From Eledone cirrhosa (taxonomy: Eukaryota): a stretch of DNA of 64,000 nt. The notes beneath the pieces were generated by a model that made no database searches, was not told the origin of the DNA, and saw nothing but the letters and a program-made list of their open reading frames with translations. Shown one piece after another: positions 24,501 to 41,230 of the stretch. Positions within the stretch are counted from its first letter, which is position 1; each line of letters starts with the position of its first letter. The position numbers and the translations under genes were made by a program. The stretch lies in assembly GCA_964016885.1 (NCBI GenBank), contig OZ024756.1, positions 34,224,001-34,288,000 of the forward strand, read 5' to 3'.

Positions 24501-27500
24501 GAGGAGGATCTTTCTATTGTGGATGCAATATCTGCCAGTTGCAACTTGTGACAGTAGCATCACATCACCACTTTCCTGGCAGCAGGAGACAGGATTTGAA
24601 CTCAAAACCCACAGAGCCAAAATAGATATAAAAAAAAGTATTCTTTCCAAGACTCCAACAATTCTGCCATGCCAACCCACCATCCCATGGTCTGGTACTT
24701 CATTGACCACAGTGGGGTTTGAACTCAGACTGCAGAGGGCTAAAACAAATACCAAGGCAATTAATCTGATACCCTAACAACCCCCTATTCTATAGAAATG
24801 GCAAAAAATATTGCTTCTTACCTTGTGGAATGGTGGTTCTCCAAGAGATACCAAGCTGGGGAAAAATTCTCCAATGACATTTTACCAGATGCTAAACGAA
24901 GAAGTTGGAAGGAAAATATGAAGAAGGCAATGGAACAAATGACAATCATCATCATCGTCCTCATCACTATCATCATTACCACTATCATCATTCTCATTAC
25001 TATTATCACCACCTCTATTATCACCATTATCACCACTATCATCCTCCTACTCATTGCCACCACCATCACTATCATCATCATCATCCTCATTACTATTATC
25101 ACCACCACTATCATCACCATCACCATCCTCATGCCCACCATCACCATAATCATCATCATCATCATCATCACCACCACAATCACCATTACAACTATCATCA
25201 CCATCTTCATTACTTTCATCTTTCCTCAACATGACCCACCCATCTCCATTTTTCTTTACAACATTCCCCATAGGCTCTATTCATCTCACTCAGTCACTTT
25301 CATCCTTCCTTCTCAACACAAGACCCAACCATCTCATTCCATTTCTTTTCACAACAGATTGTGATTAGCACACGACTCAGTGAAATTTACTATCTTACCT
25401 TCTGGAAACATCTCAAGCAATTCGTCTTCTTTAAATTTTGGTCTGGAATAAATATATTATTATTAAATATATTATTGAGAGAAACCGGATTTTAAGCATC
25501 AATGTAGAAAGGTTAAAAAGGAAGAAAGAAGGGAAGGAAAAGGTAAAGTAAAGTATGTATAAACATGTTTTTAATTTATATCTTTAACACTATAATGAGT
25601 GGCAGTGGATGAAGGTTTAGCTAAATGGTTAGGAGATATAAAGAGACTGAAATTTTGGAGATTTCACACTCTTGTTACCATATTTTCAATAAAATACACC
25701 ATATTTCAATTAATGAAACATTTCAAGGGATTTATTAATATCATTAATTATTTCACTACTAAGGTAGTAACTTATCAAAACATTTTTATGTCAAATTATG
25801 TTACAAGGTTTTAATTTAAATAGGAACCCTTTAAAAAGGGTGGTTTTGTTTTATAAAACTACAGATGGTTGGGTTGGTATCAAAAGTGTTAATATGGTAT
25901 TTGTAATGTAACTTAAGAAACGGTTCTTATATTAAATAATGTTGGAAGATTTTACTTTAAATGGGAACACTTTAAAATGGATGATTTTTGTTTCATGAAA
26001 CCAGAAATGGTTTTAGTCAGGATGGTTTAATTTGTTAATTCAAACTTACTGTGTTCCTTCATCAGAAAGACCGAGAGGATCTTCATTGTCTTTTATTAAC
26101 ATTGGAGAAGAAGCTCGGCCACGACCAAGATTTGACAAAACTGTTTGAGATTCATCAATCCAGATTGCAGATTCTTGAAGTGGTCCTAAAGACAACAATA
26201 ATGAACAATGAAAGACATTACCTATTTTTTTTCAAATAATTTTAAACATAATCAAAAACTTGGAGTGATTTAATAATACAATTATTTCTCATTATTGGAA
26301 CATAACATAAAGGTTCTAAAATAAAAGTATGATGGAAGACTTTTAGATGAATATAAACACTTTAAAACGAGTTTTGTTGTTTTTAACCATTTCCTGGCCA
26401 TATTGATAATGAAAAACATTGCTTATGATTTTTGAATAATTACAAAATGAATCAAATGGAATGTAAATGGTAGTGCTGGTACCACAATAACATGCACTCA
26501 GTACTCTCTGTAAAGTGGTAGTGCAGATGCCATGATAAAACACATCCAGTATAGTGTGTTAAGTATAACTGATAGTGTTGGTGCCACAATAAACTGTACC
26601 CAGTACACTGTGTTAAGTGGTAGTGCTGGTGCCACAATAAAATGATCACTGTGATGAAAATACTGTGATGAAGATGTTAATGGTGTCTCCTGTAAGACAA
26701 GAGAAACATTTCTAGAGAATGGAACAAATAAAGGAAGATAGACATACCTATTTGAATGAAATAACCCCGGAAGCCAACAGTACAACTTCCAACACCTCCA
26801 GTTCTAGTGATTACAATGATGTCTCCCTTTCCCTTTCCTGGGCCAGTACGAGCCACAATTTTACCGGAGGTCTTCCATTCTGCAGATAACAGGCAGTCTA
26901 CACCACATATCTTTAAACCTGCAAAACATAAATGACAACGTGGGGTTCAGTTACCTAAACAGGTGTCAAAGAAAGCTAGCAATGGGGGAGGAGTGGGGCT
27001 TACATGGACAACTGTGTAGAGTGGTTCCCAAAGTGGGTTCTGCGGGACCCAAGAGTTCCACGGAACCCAACAGTTCTGCAAATGAGTATCTGGGGCTCCA
27101 TGAAAAAAGGTAGAGGAGTATATTTATATTAACAGTTTCTGAACCAAAAAGGGTTCCACATTTGGAAAAGTTTTGGAAACCCTGGTGTAGAGGGAGAGGG
27201 GCTGGCAAAGACAAATTCGTAACCTGTTTAGATGTCTTGCGGAGGGGGGGGGGGTGATGTAAGGGGGGGGGGGGGGCACAGTAACAACTATGGGTTAGGA
27301 GAGAGGGTGACAGAGACAGATTTGCTACCTGTTCAGGTGTCTTGGGGAGTTCTGATATGAAAGGGGGTGCAGTTACAGTGACAAATATGGGGGGAGGGGC
27401 ATGGCGTGTGAGAGGGAGAAATATAAGAAAGGTGTGTGAGACAGGGAACAATGAGGAAGGTGTGTGACATGCTAGAAGAATGAGAAATATAAGAGGGTTC

Positions 27501-27736
27501 TGAAAAGTTCTTAAAGCTATTGCACCAAACATTTCCTCCCAAAGATTCCATCATCAGAATATTCCAGTTCCCAGAATATCAAGTTAATAAGAAATAAATG
27601 AAAATGAAGATTTAATAACAACAATACCAATAAGGTCTTTGGCATCAAATCCGAGGTTTTCTCCTCTGATTGTGATCCGTGTTCCAGGGGGTCCCTCTTT
27701 CGGGGACACTCCAGTCACCAATGGAGGACTCGGCAT
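5993..27736 (-). CDS. EXOC2: Exocyst complex component 2 (Sec5), complete spliced CDS, 28 coding exons, 910 aa
   Basis: Hand-spliced exons give one in-phase ORF with GT-AG junctions. It begins with the IPT/TIG domain [29 protein letters not shown], contains [37 protein letters not shown], and ends NGALQARLEL...[12 protein letters not shown]. This matches metazoan EXOC2 as I recall it. Confidence 0.97.
7845..8122. repeat. ~23-bp minisatellite
   Basis: GTAACATGTGGCATGTTTAGGTT variants. Confidence 0.85.
9016..9060 (-). ncRNA. Identical hammerhead ribozyme motif on the minus strand (sense to EXOC2 pre-mRNA)
   Basis: Exact reverse complement of 9181-9225. Confidence 0.7.
9181..9225 (+). ncRNA. 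Small type-I hammerhead ribozyme motif (Penelope-associated variant)
   Basis: AGTCA-CTGAAGA-G-GTCAC-agagtgt-GTGAC-GAA-AG-aa-CT-A-TGACT: 5-bp stem I, core, 5-bp stem II, minimal stem III, CUA cleavage triplet. Confidence 0.7.
10625..11340. repeat. Compound (GGTT)n/CAGT minisatellite
   Basis: Recurrent GGTCAGTCAGTTGCTAGGTTGGTTGG. Confidence 0.9.
11461..11646. mobile_element. MITE / fold-back element with ~38-bp TIRs in TA context
   Basis: TATAAGTATAAAGAGAGTGCTCAAGCGCAGAAATACTA ... TAGCATTTCTGTGCTTGAGCACTTTCTTTATACTTATA (3 mismatches). Confidence 0.7.
11878..11931 (-). CDS. EXOC2: EXOC2 coding exon 27
   Basis: [17 protein letters not shown]. Confidence 0.9.
12078..12139 (-). CDS. EXOC2: EXOC2 coding exon 26
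   Basis: [20 protein letters not shown]. Confidence 0.94.
12278..12810. repeat. 60-bp minisatellite (~8-9 copies) derived from a SINE 3' segment
   Basis: Unit CCCTGGAAGGCAGTGCTGTAGCATGGCCACAGTACTGGGGATTGATATGATTGACTATAA; several copies identical. Confidence 0.95.
12878..13000 (-). CDS. EXOC2: EXOC2 coding exon 25
   Basis: [41 protein letters not shown]. Confidence 0.96.
13668..13723 (-). CDS. EXOC2: EXOC2 coding exon 24
   Basis: [18 protein letters not shown]. Confidence 0.95.
13755..14046. repeat. 20/40-bp minisatellite
   Basis: GTAGAGTAGAGTGGTGTTGCATAGAGTATAGTGGTGTGGT. Confidence 0.9.
14294..14435 (-). CDS. EXOC2: EXOC2 coding exon 23
   Basis: [47 protein letters not shown]. Confidence 0.96.
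14688..14804 (-). CDS. EXOC2: EXOC2 coding exon 22
   Basis: [39 protein letters not shown]. Confidence 0.95.
15130..15172 (-). CDS. EXOC2: EXOC2 coding exon 21
   Basis: [14 protein letters not shown]; needed to restore phase 2 to 0; CAG / GTAAGT. Confidence 0.85.
15799..15923 (-). CDS. EXOC2: EXOC2 coding exon 20
   Basis: [41 protein letters not shown]. Confidence 0.92.
16919..17002 (-). CDS. EXOC2: EXOC2 coding exon 19
   Basis: [28 protein letters not shown]. Confidence 0.93.
17195..17498 (+). mobile_element. CR1/L2-group LINE 3' end copy with (ATT)n tail
   Basis: High similarity to the reverse complement of 20510-20790. Confidence 0.7.
17564..17637 (-). CDS. EXOC2: EXOC2 coding exon 18
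   Basis: [24 protein letters not shown]. Confidence 0.93.
18048..18169 (-). CDS. EXOC2: EXOC2 coding exon 17
   Basis: [40 protein letters not shown]. Confidence 0.94.
18536..18705 (-). CDS. EXOC2: EXOC2 coding exon 16
   Basis: [23 protein letters not shown]...[23 protein letters not shown]. Confidence 0.94.
19149..19199 (-). CDS. EXOC2: EXOC2 coding exon 15
   Basis: [17 protein letters not shown]; TAG / GTAAA. Confidence 0.85.
19255..19630. repeat. Trinucleotide (CAC/TAC)n tract; similar tracts at 21290-21580, 24945-25215 and 43533-43708
   Basis: Seen directly. Confidence 0.9.
19775..19905 (-). CDS. EXOC2: EXOC2 coding exon 14
   Basis: [43 protein letters not shown]. Confidence 0.95.
20386..20427 (-). 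CDS. EXOC2: EXOC2 coding exon 13 (short, variable linker)
   Basis: [13 protein letters not shown]; CAG / GTAAGT; 42 nt, symmetric phase 1. Confidence 0.7.
20510..20905 (-). mobile_element. CR1/L2-group LINE 3' end
   Basis: [37 protein letters not shown] second copy lies at 17195-17498 (+) and a tail fragment at 18363-18465. Confidence 0.75.
21111..21194 (-). CDS. EXOC2: EXOC2 coding exon 12 (variable linker)
   Basis: [27 protein letters not shown]; AAG / GTAAG; 84 nt, symmetric phase 1. Confidence 0.75.
21609..21721 (-). CDS. EXOC2: EXOC2 coding exon 11
   Basis: [37 protein letters not shown]. Confidence 0.95.
21703..22180. repeat. ~55-58-bp tandem repeat made of the EXOC2 exon-11 acceptor junction
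   Basis: CTCAAGACTGACCAGATATCTAGAGAGAAAACA occurs four times (the last slightly diverged), then decays. Confidence 0.85.
22191..22293 (-). CDS. EXOC2: EXOC2 coding exon 10
   Basis: [33 protein letters not shown]. Confidence 0.95.
22828..22909 (-). CDS. EXOC2: EXOC2 coding exon 9
   Basis: [27 protein letters not shown]. Confidence 0.95.
23194..23339 (-). CDS. EXOC2: EXOC2 coding exon 8
   Basis: [48 protein letters not shown]. Confidence 0.97.
23545..23616 (-). CDS. EXOC2: EXOC2 coding exon 7
   Basis: [23 protein letters not shown]; CAG / GTAAG; in phase. Confidence 0.88.
23797..23921 (-). CDS. EXOC2: EXOC2 coding exon 6
   Basis: [41 protein letters not shown]. Confidence 0.94.
24060..24490 (+). 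mobile_element. RTE LINE 3' fragment
   Basis: [32 protein letters not shown] remnants; related fragment at 29380-29620. Confidence 0.7.
24822..24891 (-). CDS. EXOC2: EXOC2 coding exon 5
   Basis: [22 protein letters not shown]; TAG / GTAAG. Confidence 0.95.
25399..25442 (-). CDS. EXOC2: EXOC2 coding exon 4
   Basis: [14 protein letters not shown]; CAG / GTAAG; phase 2 to 1 fits both neighbours. Confidence 0.9.
26050..26185 (-). CDS. EXOC2: EXOC2 coding exon 3
   Basis: [15 protein letters not shown]...[10 protein letters not shown]; TAG / GTAAGT. Confidence 0.93.
26450..26650. repeat. Diverged 48-bp minisatellite (~4 copies)
   Basis: Unit ~TGGTAGTGCTGGTGCCACAATAAAATGCACCCAGTACACTCTGTAAAG. 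Confidence 0.75.
26748..26918 (-). CDS. EXOC2: EXOC2 coding exon 2
   Basis: [56 protein letters not shown]; CAG / GTATGT. Confidence 0.95.
27628..27736 (-). CDS. EXOC2: EXOC2 coding exon 1 (start codon; acceptor upstream, exon begins 27756)
   Basis: [36 protein letters not shown](G); donor GTATT. Confidence 0.95.
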
Positions 27737-27947
27737 TGCTGCAATTCTTTAAAAACCTGAAATATAAAAATTAACAGAGATTTTTTTTTTAAATTCCACC
27801 AGTGAATCCTACGAGATATTATTTTTGATTTCTTATTTCGAGATGTAACCCTAATGAATCCAAACCAACCCTCACTTAATTCTAGCTAACCCTGACCAAC
27901 AGTCACCAAGCGGCACATAACTTAATGGTTCTTACATAAAATTATAA

Positions 27948-28160
27948 TTGTTTCTATTTTTGACACAAGGCCAGTAATTTAGGGGGAGGGGAAAGTCGAT
28001 TAAATCGATCCCAGTGCGTGACTGGTACTTTATTTTATCGACCCCATAAGGATGAAAGGCAAAGTTAAGCTCGGCGGGATTTGAGCTCAGATCATAAAGA
28101 GCCGTAACTCTATGCTGCAAAGCATGGCGTCCGACCCTCTACCGATACCGCCAGCCCACC
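27948..28160 (-). mobile_element. tRNA-headed SINE family 1, near full-length copy in EXOC2 intron 1
   Basis: Reverse complement of the 2350-2545 element. Confidence 0.75.
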
Positions 28161-28344
28161 AATCTTACATAAAATTATAATTTTACATAAAATTATAATG
28201 AAATGTATTTAGACAAACATAAACAGCTTTGTATCATAAAATTAGGTTTGTTATCCAAAAGAGTTAAGAAATTAAGGGATTATCTATTCCAACAAGAAAA
28301 AAGAAGCGGAACGGTGGAGGGGGTATGTGATATTATAAACATCA

Positions 28345-28460
28345 ACATACCGGAAGATGGCGTAGCAGACGATAATATGTTGATGCTATTTTAATAGTTT
28401 AATAAAAGGAAGAAGGCAACGCCCATGACATTTCTGCCGCGTCTTTGTTACTGGTGGAAT
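28345..28460 (-). promoter_or_regulatory. Probable EXOC2 5' non-coding exon / proximal promoter with overlapping ETS (CCGGAAG) and YY1 (AAGATGGCG) motifs
   Basis: Plus strand reads CCGGAAGATGGCG at 28350-28362. Minus strand reads CGCCATCTTCCG|GTATGT, a canonical donor ~600 bp upstream of the acceptor at 27756. The 5' boundary is unknown. Confidence 0.55.
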
Positions 28461-28939
28461 GGAAGAAGGGGTGGGGGTGAGACAAAGTTGTCTCCAGACT
28501 AGGGACCTGACCCACGGGACAGGTGTGTGTGTAGGAGGGGGAGGGGGTGTCATATACCGAACAACATATTAAAGTCTACAGCCTAAAAACAAGAACGGTC
28601 TCTTCGATGGGCTTCAACCTGTTTTCCGTCTACCAAATTCCACTTGCCTAATGTGCAGAGCAGTGATACTGAATCCGAAACCACATAATTAAGGAGCGAA
28701 CTTGAGTAACTTCACTGATTAATTAACACACTTCTGCTTTTACGAGCCAACCGCTAAACATAGCAACCAAATTTTCCTCAAATCACACCCTGCAATCTTT
28801 AAAGAAATTAAAAGACGCATTGGATAATGTAATCCAGAAAATATAATTAAAATGGGATGGTCATGGTTGGAACACATTAGATCATACAAAGTAAGCCTAC
28901 TGTTTAACCAGGGGTTAAACAATATCAAACTACCATTGA

Positions 28940-29350
28940 TGTGTGCCTCTACATGGTCACTATATCAGCTAGAGATAGCAGGAAGCTAAACCACAACTAT
29001 AACACGAGCAACAAAATTGCCTCTACATGGTATCTAAATCAGCTAGAAACAGCAGGGAGCTAAACAACAGCAATAAGACTGCCTCTACATGGTATCTCAA
29101 TCTGCTAGAAATAGCAGGGGACTAAACAACAACAGCTATAGCACGACTAACAAGAGTGCCTCTACATGGTATCTCTATCAACTAGAAATAGCAGCTAAAC
29201 AACAACAGTTATAGCATGACTAACAAGAGTGCCTCTACATGGTATCTCAATCGGCTAGAAATAGCAGGGAACTAAACAACAAGAGCAATAACAACGTTAC
29301 TATCAACGAGGCGTGTCTCTACACGGTAGCTGGACTTGTTAGAAATAGCA
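28940..29350. repeat. ~60-70-bp tandem array from a dispersed repeat, upstream of EXOC2
   Basis: GCCTCTACATGGTATCTCAATCAGCTAGAAATAGCAG...AAACAACA; same family dispersed at ~8150-8360, 30165-30340, 53080-53800 and 60700-60990. Confidence 0.8.
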
Positions 29351-31119
29351 GCACTATTTCTCTGAATTGTGAGATCACAGCTCCGATATTATGGGCATGT
29401 GGTTAGAATGTCTCAGGAAAGAATCGCTGGATAAATTTTACGGGCACAACCAACCGGTAAGTGACCCAGAGCAAGATGGTTGGATAACATCTATGAGCTC
29501 AGCTGGTCACACTTGGGGATCCAGCCAGATCAGTTGGAGACGGTTGCTTCAGACAGGACTTGTTGGAAGGAGTGTTTGTGGACTCTTCCCCCAACAACCC
29601 TCTCAGGAATAAGTGGGCGAAGAAGTTCTAACGATTTTTACAACAATAACAATTACATTATTTATCCTTCATTAGTTAAAGTAAAATAGCTGTAATCACC
29701 ACAAGATAATTAGAGGTGTCAGATATATATAATTAATATCGATATATATGTTTACGTTTGTGTCTGTGTTTATGTCACGTAACTTAACGATTCGACAAAA
29801 AAAGAGTGAACATAAACGAAATAAATGCGGTGCCCCAGCATGGCCGCAGTCCAATGACTCAATCCAAAAGAATAAAAGAATATAATATACAGTCAGTCTT
29901 GGACAGAGAAGTGTCCGCACATACCTTGAGGAGAAGAAAGGCCTCAGTCATATACGTACACATATATACTCGAAGGTTTCCACACTAATTTGTGGGGGAG
30001 TGACAACAACTTTCGTATAGAAAGTGTCAAATCTCCCTCAGTGCTGCCAATTATTCACTTCCACTTCCGTTTTTTTCTATAGGAACTCTTTTGTGTTCCA
30101 CCTCTCCTCCGCCATGATTTCCAGGTTCGATAACTCTTGTCAACTACTGGAGTCAATGAGAGAGGGGTCTGGATGTGGTCGCTTGACCTGCTTGCTAGAA
30201 ATAGCAATTAAATCACACCCTACACTATGTATTGTTTTTAAACGTAAAGGAAGGATACATTAGCTAATGTAGGCGTAGACATGTTTTAAAATAAAGACCG
30301 TGATGGTCACGACTGGAACGCCTTTAATTATAGTCACCAACAATAACCATATAACTAGGAAAGGGACCTCTACGTGGTCACTCGAGTCACAAAAAATAAC
30401 AGCCAAATCTCCACGAATCACGCCTTTACATGATAAAAAGTTTGCCCAGAACTGACCTTTAGTTAAAACAACTAGGTGTGGCCTATAGAACTGATTCCTT
30501 CATGTTTAATCACAGGACAGTCCTGATCAAGCCGACCAACGTTCAAATATGTCCCAGCCATGACCATCTCGTCATTCTTTCTTAAGCATAATATATCTAA
30601 CTTTACATTATCTAATGAATAGGTATACTCATTTTTTTTTAAAGATAGTAAGACGTGATTTGAGTGACATTTCGCTGCTTTTTCTAACAATTCTGGTGGC
30701 CGCGTTGAAGCAACCTGGTTAGTTTGTTGGCTGTGTTTTTGTTTCGTTTCGCTAATCTTACCAATTACATGCCTATTCGTGTGGAAGACTCTTTTGCAGT
30801 TAATTAACTTGTTGGACTGTGTAAATGGTTGAATATGTGTGACGTCCGAACGAGTATCTTCCACTTTCAACTAACTTACCGTCTGCCTCTTGCTCTCAGA
30901 CGACAGGATGAAGAATACACTGCCTCGGAGGACGGCGAGAGAATTGTCCTGGAACAGACACTCCATCTCGCAAGGCTCGTACCTGCGGGCAGCCAACTCC
31001 ACTCTGATCGCAGTGATTGGAGATGGGGTTTGGGGGGTCAAGAACATCGGATGTCTCCACTGCTACAGGCTCTACCACTCTATCAGAGAACAGTCGATAC
31101 TTGAACAGTTTGCTCTCTT

Positions 31120-31370
31120 TTCTTCTCTAGAATGTTCTAGGTTCTTACCGTCTTCATGTCTTCCTTTGGCTGGTTGTCTGGCGGTGTCCCTGGCTCTGCC
31201 TAGCAATAATTCTCAAGTCACAAATCACTATTCTATATTCAGTGGTACAGTATACACTAGAGAAAGACTTAGACTTAGCGTTTATAACCATCTGTACATC
31301 CTGTTTCCCAGTGAGAAGAAAGTCAGTCCAGTGTGTTTGCCTGATTGGTATGTGATACGGATCTCTATAT
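31120..31370 (-). mobile_element. RTE LINE AP-endonuclease C-terminal remnant
   Basis: TDFLLTGKQDVQMVINAKS....CTTEYRIVICDLRI resembles the IDY/F...C.TDHRLV endonuclease end motif. Confidence 0.5.
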
Positions 31371-31619
31371 CCCACCACATACCTCACTCTATCTCCCTCT
31401 CTATATTCCACTACAATTTTTTTTTTACTTTGAAACAACAAATGTTCTCATCTTCAGTAGAGAACGACAAAGTTCTCCATCCCCTCCCCGACTTTTTGAA
31501 CCCCTGGGGTGTGGGAGAGATCTTTCTTTTTTTTTTTGGTAGTGTGCTTTTGTTGAATTATTTGACAGGAGTTTAAAATGTGGCTGAGGCCATGCTGGGG
31601 CACCACCCTTGTTGCAACA

Positions 31620-31960
31620 CGTTCTATCTTAATCGTGTGTTGGCTGGTGTAAGAGGGAGTTTGTTGCTGCTGCTCTTAGGTTACCTGCATACCGTGCTGT
31701 GGGATCATCTGGGATCCTGGTTAGCAGTGTTAAGATGTTTCTTGAAAACATCTACGTCCACTCCATGCAGATCTCTCAAATTTCTTTGCAGCTTGTTGAA
31801 GAGTTGAGGGCCTTTAAACCCCAGGCTATTGCAATAGCTGGTCCTTATTCTAGATGGGACCTTTGGCACCACACAGTGACGTCCTGTTCAGGTGTTGGTC
31901 CAGCTCTCAGTGCTAGTCCCTCCAGGATCTTTCATATGTATATCACTGCGTGATATACAT
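31620..31960 (-). mobile_element. CR1/Jockey-group LINE ORF2 C-terminal remnant
   Basis: KILEGL...TGRHCVVP...NSLGFKGPQLFNKL.RNLRDL.GVDVDVFKKHL...IPDDP. Confidence 0.65.
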
Positions 31961-32482
31961 GTAAATAAATAAATATATTCTATTACTGAGATTACTCTCT
32001 GTTGTTACTTTGAGTTTCATGGAGTTCCTGCTGATCAGACAATTCAGTAATATCTCTTTTACCTGTTCCAGCCATCCAGCTGTGTGTGTGTATCTATAGA
32101 AGTCCCAAATGCAGAAAATTGTAACCCCAATCAATTGCTATAAATAATGGTTTCTGATTTAGGCACAAGGCCAACAATTTTGGTGGAGGGGAAAGTCGAT
32201 TAAATTGACGCCAGTGCATTACTGGTACTTTATTTTATTGACCCTTTAAAGATGAAAGGCAAAGTGAACTTTGGCAGGAAAAAGGTGACCAGTAGCTGCT
32301 ATGAAGAATCAAACTCCGCACCTCTTTGATTCTTTAGAGTAACTACTGGTCCCTTTTCTTCCATCTTTAGGGACATTTTACCCGATTTCTTACGCTATTG
32401 TTTATAGCAATCGACTGTGATGTCATCTTCCGAGTTTGAGATTTCTACATTTTCCAAGAATTTCAATCTGATCAATGCATAG

Positions 32483-32515
<33 letters not shown>

Positions 32516-32691
32516 CATAAAAACACAAATAACTTCCATATTTGCTTGGTTCCTTCAGTTAATTGCTCTTTCTAACACCAACCCATTTACACACTGTACC
32601 TGATGTATTTTATCATGGAACCAGTATTAAAGGGAGACATCATATTTTTCCTGCACTTTCTTTGGCATTTTCTACAGTTGCATGGTTATAT

Positions 32692-32735
<44 letters not shown>

Positions 32736-33629
32736 GTGTGTGTGTGTGTGTAACCATATATAAAATATGTATGCATATACATATATATATATATAGATAG
32801 ATGTAAATATATATATATGTGTGTGTTTGTGTGTATATATTATGTCAGGTCGTTCTTCAGTGTTACTGGTAACATGTAAGCCAGTACAACCTGTGCATGG
32901 TAGAGTTGTCGGTGACTAAACCGTTAACCCCTCAAAGCTTGAATTTGGACACTTTGCAGGGTGAAAAACAAAACCAGTCAAAGGGTGGAGGAACTCAAGA
33001 GAGTCAACGGCCATCAAATAATTTTTTTTTTTTTTTTTTTGTGAAGCAAGAAACTCCTAGTCTTTATTAATACATCTCTCTAGGAGAAGGTCACTCTGAT
33101 ATAAAACCTGCAACTTTGTTTCCATCCAATGATGTAGACCAATTCTTCTTTTTTAGGCAAATGCATTCAATGTTCAGAATGGGATTGACCCAATGCAAAG
33201 CCTTTCCTCACTTAAAAAAGCTTCAAGCACAGGCATTGCTTGATATGCGACACTTTTTTAATGATGTATGGCATTGCTGGCCATGGGCAAGTCCCTAGCT
33301 GAACTAAAAAGCCACTTCATTGCTGCTCATACTTCAGTATCAAGTGATGGCATTACTCGAAATTGAGTTGCAGCCATGATATATATATGTTTATATAACC
33401 ATGTTTTGTAATTCACAATGTTTCAAAGATGAATATTTCATGATTTTATTTTATTAAAGATATTTCATTTTTTTCTCTCCAATGCAACAAATTCTGCCTC
33501 CAGTTATATTCAATGTCCATTGTTGTTGTTGGTGTTGCGGTGGTTGTTTTTATTTTTGCTTTTAATGATACCAGCGTCAAGGTGTCAAAACGAATAGCAC
33601 ACGACATCTTAACATTTATGTGAATAATC

Positions 33630-40953
<7,324 letters not shown>

Positions 40954-41194
40954 AGGAAAATGCATGACCCCGACGGCAGAGCTCAAGCCGTTTCAATGGC
41001 TATTTCTGGACAGAATATTTGAGTCCAGAAATACTCGTCGAAACAGCTTGAGCTCCGCCGTCGGGGTCATACATTTTCCTATCACCCCACTCTACTACCC
41101 TAAGTATTGACTACTCTGGTGCATTATGGTCCACTTGGTTCCTTACCACAAACTCATATATATATATATATAATATATATATATATACACATGC

Positions 41195-41230
<36 letters not shown>

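Noticed and set aside
30908-31030. ATP6V1F gene call from the LIAVIGD motif
   Set aside because: Only 7 residues match and I found no downstream DT..GFLLGG or LEIPSK exons. Kept only as an unresolved finding.
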